A stretch of 64,000 nucleotides of DNA from Octopus vulgaris (Eukaryota). The stretch covers positions 62,000,001 to 62,064,000 of the forward strand of contig OX597819.1 of the NCBI GenBank assembly GCA_951406725.2, in the 5' to 3' direction. Positions 13,801 to 25,800 of the stretch are shown here, piece after piece (within the stretch, counting starts at the first letter, position 1; every line of letters begins with the position of its first letter). The position numbers and the translations under genes were made by a program. The notes beneath the pieces are model-generated. The model was not told the DNA's origin. It was given only the letters and a program-made list of their open reading frames with translations, and did no database searches.

Positions 13801-16800
13801 GTCTTTGCTCCCCTGGGGCACAGTAAACCTACATTGTATTACTGATGTAAGGTGTTTGTTGCAGGTGGTATATCTGTCGTAAAGGATTATGAAGCACTTT
13901 GGCTTCACCCATTTGGTCTTACTAATTTAATGCAGACTTGATATCAGACATTTTAATGATTTCCTCAGTCCTCCATCCTATCTCACTCCCTCTTTATATA
14001 ATACTAGCAGTATCGCCCGGCGTTGCTCGGGTTTGTAAGGGAAGTAACTATATAAGCATTTTTAGAGAGTTATAGCCAAAAAATAGCAAAAAAATGCATT
14101 AAAAATGGAAAAAAATTATGGTAAATTTTTTTTAAATCGTTGACTCATTGTAGACATTTTTAGAGAGTCACTTCCCTTATATAATAGCGAAAAAATGCAT
14201 TAAAATGGAAAAAAATGATGGTAAATTTTTTTTAAATCGTAGACTCATTGTAGACGCACGCTAGTACCCAGAAGGGCTCGATATGAATCACGACTATAAG
14301 ATACCCGGTTTTGGTTAAACTGCACTGCAAAATGTGGGAGTAGTTAGGAATCTAAATCGTAGGAGACAGACACACAACTTCATTTTTATATATAAAGATG
14401 TGAGCATATTCCTCTCGGTGTATAAAGAGAGAGGGAAGTGTTTATACCAGTTGAGTTCAATTAATAAACTGTAAAGCACCTGTGAAGTGATTGGTGCAGC
14501 TCCTGTCAAACCGTTGAATCCATGCCAGCATGGAAAACAGGCATTAAATGCTGACTCTCTCTCTCTCTCTCTTCCTCTTACTCACTCTATCCATAAGAGC
14601 ATGTTCCTCTGCATGTGCTTGTCTCCATGTTAAATCACCAGTGTCCAAACAACCACACCCAATCATTTCATTCCAATTTTAAAGTCACTTAACATTTTAA
14701 CCCATTCCAACTAATTCTATGTATGTAACACAGTGAAATAGGCCAATACTTAAGCAGCAGCTGTATATTTTTTGTACAGAGGATGAGTGTTTCCTTAGTT
14801 GAGATTAGGTCTTCCTGTGGACATTGAGTCATGATAGACGCACTAAAAACGTGACCTTATTTCACATAAAATTACTATCAGCCCAAAGTGGTTTTTAAAA
14901 TGAAGAGCCAGACTATACTTTATGATGTTGTACGACACAATTCTTTAGTGCACTTATTTGACCCAACACTATAATCATTAACACTGATACAACATTAGTG
15001 CACTTATTTGACCCAACACTATAATCATTAACACTGATACAACATTATAGTTGATAACATCACCACAGCTCAATACCTGACGACATCATCATCATCACCA
15101 TCCTTTAATGTCCATTTTCCGTGCTAGCAGTTTAATACCGTTAAATTATGAAACACAACACTATGTTATAGTGCACAGGTCCCCAACAGTTGTGCCACAG
15201 CACCCTGGGGTGCCATGAGATCAACTGAGGGGTGCCTCGAAATATACATATGCATGTGGTTTCATGATTGACCATTTAGAGTCAAAAATACATTTTGATA
15301 TTTTAACAATAAATAATATTGTCATCTTATATTTTGTATTGTTGTCTATTACATTTTTGTATTATCGTCTATTTTATGTTTATTATATCAACATTGGTGA
15401 AATATAGAAAATTTTTATTATCAATTCCAGGGACATAGTTTTCTTATTTATATGTTATTATCCAGGGACAGAATTTTGTTATATTGATGCTGAATCAAAA
15501 TACAACTCTTATCCAGCAACCTTGGGACCAGAGGTGGTCTGGATTTCTAAATTTTTCAGATTTCTGAACACAGGCTAATTATATACCGATAATATAAAAT
15601 AAAGAACAAAATAGTATAACATATATAAATCAATACATTTCTAAAGCAGGGTCTGTTTAATCTGGTGTTGTGTGATGTATATGCCACAGAAACCAAAACA
15701 AAGTGGCCGCGTAGCGAACTACTGCAGTTCGTGAAATTCAAAGCCAACCAGTTTCAAAAATACCTGAATTTCTGGCAATTTCGGATAAGCGGTTCGATAC
15801 CTGTATTGGATTTCTAATAGGGGTGCCGTGGATTTCTGAAAGGCTTGGCAAGGGTGTCACAGGGCAGAAAATGTTGGTACACTGTGTTATAGTGTATTGC
15901 AGAACAAAAACAGTCCAGCAGTATTTCATGACTATAACACATCACATCATCAACAACAGCAGCACACGTGTAATAAATGGTGTCTTACAATGACATGGGT
16001 CGTAAATTCGTAGGAGTAGAAATTCAATTGAAGTATATTGTAACACCTTGAGCAAGTGTCTTCTGCTATGGCCTCAGGTCAACAAAAGCCTTGTCAGTGG
16101 ATTTGGTAGATGGAAACAGAATAACAGCTCATTGTATATATATATATATATATATAATAATTATTTGAGGGAATATTAATCCTAACTTACAGGGAAAAAA
16201 TTCAATTTAGAAATACTAAAGTAAATTTCACACAATATAATATATATATATATATGTAAAATTAGAAAAAAACACCTTTTATCAATTCAAGATGAACAAT
16301 TAAATAACACCATCTAGAAAATTACATATAATAGAAATATTACAATAACAATAAAATACCAATGATTAAGTAAATTGCAAAAAGATAATAAAAATGTATT
16401 CTACCAATTATATATGTTTTTATTTTTTTGCAATTTACTTTTCTATTATATGTAATTTTCTAGATGGTGTAATTTAATTGTTCATTTTGAATTGATAAAA
16501 GGTGGTTTTTTCTAATTTATATATATATGAATGTGTGTCTGTCTTTGTGTATGTGTTTGTCTCCCACCACCACTTGACAACTGGTGTTTGTGTTTGCAGC
16601 CTCATAACTTAACATTTTGACAAAAGAGACAATAGAATAAGTACCAAGCTTTAAAAACATAAGTATTAGGGTTGATACATTTGACTAAAAATTCTTCAAA
16701 GGGATGCCCCAGCATGGCCACAGTCAAATGATTGAAACAAGTAAAAGTTAAGAAGCACTTCAGTTATTTCTTTGCCTTAGAAAGGATGAAAAGATGATGA

Positions 16801-19800
16801 TAGTTTTGGGGGGTTTTTTTGTCACTCAGGAGAGATGTGGGTGGTGCCTATGACCATTATGAGCTCTGCTAGATTGGTGATAATGAGGTGATATCTGCCC
16901 TGACCAAAAAAAGTGGGCAAGGAACAAGAGTGTGAAGTCTGCTAAAGGCACCCTAAGATTACGCAGCAGTGTCAGATTTAGTGGCAACCAAAAGCAGGAC
17001 ATCATCATCATCATCAACATTTGACAATATTCAGAGAGAACCACCCCTGTAGCTTTCATAATCAACTGTGGCCATAACAAAGGATTTCAATCCCAAGTTG
17101 GAATTTGGTCTCAGAACATAAAGGTCCAGAAAGACTACAGCAAAGCATCTCATTTAATGCTCTAAATAGTTTCTGCCAATTCAATGTCTTGGAGCGGTAC
17201 TTATTTACCAATCCCAAAAGATTGAGAAGCAAAGTTGGTCTCAGAGGAATTAGAACTCAGAATACATGTAGGTGGAACAACTACACATACATATTTGCTT
17301 TCAATGGTAACATGAATAGGACATTTTGACAAAATTCAACTGGTCAGAAGACTGGTTGGATCCTGTCTTGCTCCAGTGACAAAATTTTGACATGACTTCT
17401 ATGTCTGGACACCCTAACGCCAGCTATTTTAAAGTGTATGTGTATATATATGTGTATGTATATACATCAACCCCTGAATATTACTGTTTTGAGTCCCAGG
17501 ACTCAAAGGGCCAGTTACCCGACTTCCATAGCATGTGACTGAGATCACATTACCCTTAAATGGGATACCAGTCTGTCACAGGTACACTCCTATACAGTTG
17601 AGTAGACCACAGCAATGTGAAATGAAGCATCTTGCTCAAGAACACAACACACTACCTTGTCTGGGAATTGAAACCATGAACTTATGATTGTGAGCACAAC
17701 ACCATAATCACTAAGCCGTGCACCTTTAAGTACCAGAAGGTATCATATCCAATACTCCGATGTCACTGTCAGTTTGCTACTTTAAGAATACAGATGGATG
17801 AAACTAAATACTATACAAGCATTCATCCTAGTCCAGCACAAACCTGTATCTGCAATTTCATCACCCTCTTCAATATCTAAAGAAATAACCTGCCTTATGC
17901 AGCCTTTTTTATTTCTTCCCCCCGATACTTACCTCGCTTCAAATCCACTTTCTAATAACCGATCAGCTTCATCCATCACAAAGACTTCCTGATGAAAGTT
18001 TCAAGAGAGACAAAAGAAAAATTACAATCAATAAAACTCCATGTCAGTCATTTCTCTTCAACAACAATTACAGTCACAGCAATCACTAGAACCTTCTATG
18101 AGCAAATGAGGGAACTTTTAAGTAGCCATTCAACTTGCTCAGGGTAATAACTCAATAATGCTTGACACCCTTCTTTCTACAAATTGATGGCCTCACTCAC
18201 ACATGCTGACATCCTTCTCTTACATATACCACACATAATACATAGAACAGCCATCAAATACACTCTTCCTACACATACATATCTGCTTTCAATGGTAACA
18301 TGAATGGGACATTTTGACAAAATTCAACTGGTCAGAAGACCAGTTGGATCCTGTCTTGCTCCAGTGACAAAGTTTTGACATGATTTCTGTCTGGACACCC
18401 TTCCTAATGCCAACTATTCTGACATGTATGTGTATATGTATGTGTATGTACACACACACACATATATAGCACTCACTCCGACCATACACATACTACACTC
18501 ACAGGCAATGAGCCAAAGGAGAGCCTTTACATGGTCACTTGACCTGCTAAAAATAACAGTTTAATCTACCTCAAATCCTTCCTTGTCTGAGAAAAGGAAA
18601 AATCGGTAATTATGGACTTGGTGCCCCATTTCTAAGAATGATATAATCACAGTTAAAATGCCTTTAAACAAAGGTCTGGTGAGTCAGGGCTTTAAACAAC
18701 ATGAATGCTTATCATACACTAAAAAAACAAAACACATTAAGTTTAAAAACAAAACAAAGTCATTCAGTGAACTTACCAATGACTTGACATAAGATGCAAA
18801 GTTCAAAGTTTTTGCTTGCCGATCCAGTATATCTTCCAAGCGACCAGGGGTTGCGACTATAATGTGACCTCTGCAAATAATATTTTAAAAACCATCATAT
18901 TTTAACTTCTGTTTTCTATACAATGTGATTTTTATTTCACATCTTCCATGTTTCATTCACTTCACTTTTATATTCAAACAATGCTTTGATCTTGAAAAGA
19001 AAGGCTTATGTATCAGAACTGAGTTTATTTCTTTTGAAATAGTCTTTTGTTAAGTAGCTTTAAGTGTTCAATTAGTTTTAATTTTGATATACTTTAGATT
19101 TTTTTTTTTTTTTGAACTGGTAAATAAAGATATTTTGGCACAGCTAGCCTTGTGGCATGACAGTAGCATGTCTGATTCTAGATCAGAAGGCTGTGTTCAA
19201 GTCATGTTAGGGTCATAAATTTTCCCTGCTGGTGCCATGTAAAGAGGCACCATGCTGGTGGCACATAAAAAGCACCTGTGCTGATTCCACCTGATGTACT
19301 AGGGTTGGTTCATTCCACTAAAAATTCTTCAAGACAGTGCCGCAGCATGACTGCAAAAGTATGTTCACTAGTTAAAAGTATGTTAGTTTACCCAACAGCT
19401 TATAAGGGTTTCTTGTTTCTTTATTACCCACAAGGGGCTAAACACAGAGGGGACAAACGGATAAAGTCGATTATATTGACCCCAGTGGTAAAACTGGTAC
19501 TTATTTAAGCGACCTCAAAAGGATGAAAGGCGAAGTTGACCTTGGTGAAATTTGAACTCAGAATGTAGCTGCAGACGAAATATTGCTAAGCATTTCGCCT
19601 GGTGTGCTAACGTTTCTACCAGCTCACCGCCTTACAACTTATAAGGGTTTCTGGGACACTACTGATGTTTTTCCTGTCACACAGTTTAACTTGGCAAAGG
19701 CTATCTATTTTCATACTATATTACCCAGGACGAGTCGAATTCAATATTGCAACTAATGAAACACTCATCAATTATTTAGTGCTCTTAACAACACTTAACA

Positions 19801-22800
19801 GCAACATTTTGTTTTTTTGCAACCTATTTACAACAGGGTTAACACTAACTAATGTAGTTACATTTGTATCACAAATGTAGTGTTTGGGAAACTGAATTTA
19901 CATCAATGCAATTCTATTCCAGTATGCAAAAAGCAGATATCGAAACTAGAATAATACATTAATACTCTTTATTATAGACATATAGCCTTATCGAAGAGGG
20001 GACATTATAAGGTCAGACAACACAAAACGTGGGGTACATAGAACGAATAAATGAAATGTAAATAAAAATAAAATAAAATTGGACGAAAGATGTAATGGCT
20101 TACAAGCCCCCACCCAAAGCTCATAGTTCCATTTTACTGTTTTTTATAATCAATGATTTTGTCCAATATGTATTGTGTTTATATTGAATAATTTATTAAA
20201 TATTCATACATTATCACAGCTAGCAATTCATCATATTGAAACCAATTCTTTGTAACTTCCACTCTGCTTCCAAGTATTTCTTTTAGTCTTGACGCTCTTT
20301 TGCTCACTAGTAGTACTGCTTTCATATGGTCCTCTTCATTCTCACCTAATTTCACTCTTATTATACCTTTCATTTTTGCTATACACTTCTCCACTTCCAC
20401 ACTTTTCTCGTACACCACTAACACTCATAAGTGGTGTATAATAATACATGAATACTGTTCATACAACCATTTTATAAATATTTCTTCAACAAAAATTGAC
20501 TTGATGGCAAGAAACCTGTCCTGCTCTGACTCCCTTCTAACAATTACTCATTGCCTGGCAAATAGCAACCCCTCACAGGGTTTGTAATCTTGAAAGCTGT
20601 ATGGTGATCTCACTACTGCTGGTAGCATGAAGTGGTTGATGTTAGAAAGGGTACCCAGCCATAGAAACCATGCTCTTGGACTTGTCAGATCTTGTTAAGA
20701 CCATCCCTTGAACTTGTCAGATTCAACCTATGCCAACATGGAAATATGGAGGCTAATTGATGATGAAGATGAATCCATAGACTTAGTTATGTGCAATTAC
20801 ACTTCACACCCATGAGATTTGCTTTCCTTGTGGAACCTTTTACAGTTTCAATAGACTGGACCACTGTGCATTAAGTATTTTTGCTAAAGAGGGTCTGATG
20901 ATGATGATGATGATGATGATGATGGTGGGAAGAAACATTGAATTACCTATGCACAGGGCAAAAGATTTGGTCATTTGTTGATAGTGACCAGTGAAATGAA
21001 AATAAATGAAAATTTTTCTTACCCATGATCCTGAAATTTTTCGATATCCAATTGAACACTGGTACCTCCTATCATACAACAGGAGGTAAACTGAGGTAAA
21101 TGTTTGAGGAATACTAATAGGACCTCCTCAATTTGGATGGCCAGTTCTCTGGTAGGAGTCAAAACTATTGCAGCAATCTGGATTGCGAAGAGGAAAAAAG
21201 CATCACAAGAGATAAGTATTTATATACACATGTTGTGCATGGATGTGTGGTAAAGAAATTTGCTTTCCAATCACATGGTTTTGGGTTCAGTTCCACTACA
21301 CAGCACCTTAGATAAGTGTCTTCTACAATAGCTCTGAGTCAACAAAACACTTGTGAATGGATTCAGTAGACAGAAAGAAGCCTGTCATAATACATGTGTA
21401 TGTGTGTGTTTCTCCTTGTCTTAGTATCACACAACAGTTGTAAACGAGAGTCATGGTCATACAAGCAGTGTCATTTGTTTCCAGTTTTCCTAAAAAACAC
21501 CTTGCTTGGGAACAGGTAACGGTTAGTGAGGGGAATAGCATTCAGCCATAGAAAATCTGCTTCAACAAATTCTATTCGACCAATGCAAACATGTGGAAGC
21601 TCATAGCCTAGTGGTTAGAGCAGTGGACTCGCGGTCAAGGGATCATGGGTTCAAATCTCAGACCGGGTGATGAATGTGTTTATGAGCGAAACCCCTAAGC
21701 TCCAGAAGTTAATGGCGAACTTCTGCTGACTCTTTCACCACAACTTTCTCTCACTCTTTCCTCCTGCATCTAGCAGCTCACCTCTGACAGACTAGTGTCC
21801 AGTCCAGGCGGGGAACCTATATGCCAATGAAACCGGGAAACTGGCCCTTATGAGCTACACATGGCTTGAGAAGGAACACACAACAACAACAATGCAAACA
21901 TGGAAAATTGATCTTATGTTGATGATGAAGATCCTTGTAATACTGTGAATTTGTGATCTGTTTTTGTAAGAGGTTGTCAATCTGTTTCCATGATGCTGTA
22001 CACTTCAACAAGATAGACTAATGGTTCAGTCTATCTCAGGCAATCTACTGCAGAATACCACTGTCATTGCTTTGACATCCACTTATCCACGTCTGCATTA
22101 GTTGCACAGAATTCACTGAAGCAGATTTTCTACAGTCGGTTGCCCTTTTATCACCAACTCTAACCTGTATCCCTGTAAAGTAATATTTCTCCATGGCCAG
22201 ACAAGTTTTTACAGACTCTAAGAGATGAGTGACATTCCTTTACAATAATTATGTGATGCCATGACAGGAAGACACACACACATACGCATACAATAGATTT
22301 CTTTCAGTTTCCATCTACCATTTACAAGGTTTGGGTCAGCCTCAGGTTCTAGTGGAAGACACTTGCCCAAGGTGCCATACAGTGGGACTGAACCCAGAAT
22401 TATATGGTTGGGAAGGAAGCTTCTTAACTACACATTTATCTTTTATCTTTTATTTGTTTCAGACATTTGACCACAGCCATGCTAGAGCACTGCCTTGAAG
22501 AGTTTAGAATCAAATAAATCAATCCTTATACTTATTTTTTTTCTTTTAAGCCTGGTACTTATTTTTATCAGTCTCTTTTACTGAACTGCTAAGTTACAGG
22601 GATGTAAACACACCAATACCAGTTGTCAAATGGTGGTGGGGAACAAACACACAAGTCTTCCTTCAGTTTCTGTCTACCAAATACACTCACAAGACTTTGG
22701 CTGAGCTGAGGCTGTAGAAGATACTTGCTCGAGGTGTCACACAGTGTGTCTGAACCCAAAACCATGTGGCTGGAAACCAAACTTCTTAATCACACATCTA

Positions 22801-25800
22801 TGTCTACAAAACAATAAAATGAATTTAGATTCACAGACTTCAGGAGGTAGGAAAGACAAAATGAACCATAAAAGTTAACTGAGGTTACCTCATGTTTCTT
22901 CCAGGGTTGTTCATGTTTCTGTAGTCGTTCAATGATGGGTATAACAAATGCCAGAGTTTTGCCACTCCCTGTCACTGCCTCAGTTGCTACATCTTTGTTT
23001 TGGAGAAACATTGGAATACAAGCAGCCTAAAAAAGAAAAAGACAAGAACCATCAATTATTTATATGTGTTGTCATGTGTGGATCTGTGTATACATGCATG
23101 TGAATGTATGCATGTATGTATATATACATATGTAAAAAGCACCAACCAATCGTGGCTGTTGCCAGCTGCCTCTGGCCCCTGTGCTGGTGGCACGTAAAGA
23201 GCACCCACTACTCACAGAGTGGTTGGCATTAGGAAGGGCATCCAGCTGTAGAAACACTGTCAGATCAGACTGGAGCTTGGTGCTTTCTAGACCCCAGTTG
23301 AACGATGATGATGGTGTTGCAAAGTGGGTTCCTCCTACTGGTGTGATGTGTGACTGCCATTGTACTGTAGTTGCTGTTTTATGCTAGTAGCCACAGTAGT
23401 TACTAGTCATCAGATAGCATTGTATCTCTTTGTACCGGAATAGTAATACACTAATGTCTTGTCTTACTATCGCTGAGAGCTCCACAAGATACCGATTAGA
23501 ACTGTCAACTTTCAACTCTTCGACTCTCAACCCTCTCTTGACGATGGCTACTGGTCTATTTATAATCACTTTTTACCGGGAGGGGTATACAGTTTCTATA
23601 TAATCACTCAACCTTCTAGTTGCTAAATCTTTTTTAAATTGCACCTTGCTGTCCGAAAAGTACACATTGGATAATGTAGTCCTTGGTGTCTTAGGATAAA
23701 TAGAAAGGTCATGATTAGAATGTTTGTGACATAGGTCTGCTCAGTCAGGGCTGACTTGGAGCTTAACAACAACTCCTATCACTTTTTACCGGGAGGGGTG
23801 TACAGTTTCACTATACAACAACATAAAAGGGCATGATGACCAACAAGAAATCCCAGTTGTTGGGGCCAATCATGCATGCATCATCTGTGCCAAAGAATGT
23901 AAGGTCACTTGCCACCCTGAAAAGTATCTGTGCTCTGTTCAGATACAAGATTGAGAAGGGAAGAGATGAGCGAGACAAGTGTACTTGAGTGGAGATAGCA
24001 CGGGACTAAACAGCTAATGAGGAGCAGAGGCCACTGCAGAGGTAGCAGAAGAAACAGAGAGAGAGGAGACAACACTTCTGTGGGCCAGGGGCTAGTGCAC
24101 GCCTCTGACTTCACACCAATCCTCTAAAAGTAAGTCCATTCAGCTGATCTGTGTCTCTTTTCCACTGTGTGACACCTAGCCCACAGAAGTGTTGTCTCTT
24201 GTCCTCACAGCATAATTATTTCAAATTAGCTTTTTTAATACATGCTGCAATAAATGGTAATACTAATCATCATCGTTTAGCGTCTGTATTCCATGTTGGT
24301 GTGAGTTGACCAATTTGATAGGATCTGACAGGTCAGAGGATTATGTTGTGCTCTGATGTCAGTTTTGGTTTCTATAGCTGAATACCCTTCCTGATGCCAA
24401 CGACATTACAGAGTATACCGGTACTTTTTCATATTACTAGTAAAGTCACTAAGAAGATTGCAAGAAAAAACCCTTTGATTAAGGATGGTGTAGTAGTGAG
24501 GGACGAAGCTAATGCCAAGTGTTGTGAGGCAAGAGTAAGATAGATAAGAATAGGTGCTTTGCTGTAGAGGAGATAGATGGCAATCCCAGCTGGAAATAGA
24601 GAAGAGACAAGGGTGGTGATTAGGTGTCAGGACGTACTCTCAAGGTACAAGAGGGTGAATGTGAGAGGGATGGGTGCAGAGAACCAGGTAAGGGGAATAG
24701 TGACAGAGGATCGGGTAAGTTCATGAAAGAGCAAGGTGAGAGATGCAGCGCTGGATTAACCATTAAGCAAACTAAATCACTTTAAACTTGCTAAAATAAC
24801 ACTCGAAGTGGTTTATATGATCAGAAATATAATTTCTAAGCGTCCATGGTGTCAAAGTGAGGATCTGATCAAAGACTTTGCAATTAAAAACTTGCAGGAG
24901 AAAACTTTCCAAATATAAATAAAGTGGAAATATACAAAAATGAATATTATTTTCTATCTTACTGTTAGTTTTGTTTCATTTTGGAAAAAAAAAATTATAG
25001 TTTTATTATTGTTTGTATTTTGAATTATGTATATGTAGGTGGCACCAAAATCTTTCAAGTGCTATGGGTCTTAATCTGGCCCCAGATATAGGTGATGTAT
25101 TGAACGGAAAAAGGGGAGGAGGACATGGTTAATGGAGAAAACGAAGGAAGGCGTCTCTTAGTAATTTATCCTCCGAAATATGCATATTTTCTAGACCAAT
25201 TATTGTACAACATTGTACATTCATGATAGTCTCATTACTACTTCGGCAAGTATGGTAAAGTCTACACTTTGCTGAGGCCTAATAAGACCAAAATATGATC
25301 ATAATTGTTTCCCAATACTTGAATCAATAATTAAAATAACTTTAGACTTTTGTGTAATGTTGTCTTTTTCTTGCCACGTAATCATTTCTAATAAGCTTTT
25401 CAATACTTACTACATAAAATACATGTTCGCTAACTTTAACCTATTATTACGTTTGTGCCTGGCGATATTTCAACATTTCAACACGAGTTACTCCGCTTTA
25501 CTTCTTAGAAACTGGAGGTGTGTGATTGCCGTTTATGTCCACATCAGCCATGATCAACCAAAACTATAATCGAAGACGTTCCAGCTATGACTCTCCGATT
25601 TTTTTTGATGCGGTGCACCTAGGACTACATTATGCAATGTGTACTTCCATTTTTGTAAGATGGCAGCGTGAAGTGGTTTTTATTTTTAGCAGATCGAGCG
25701 ACCACGGGCAGGCAACCTCGTTCGTGTGTTTTATACAGGTGATAGTTTATAAACATAAACATATATAACCGAGTAATAATGTAGTGGAAGTAAAAAGAAA

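Noticed and set aside
20179-20587. Intron 3 ORFs as an extra exon
   Set aside because: Not needed for the DDX55 frame; stop-interrupted and more like decayed LINE sequence.
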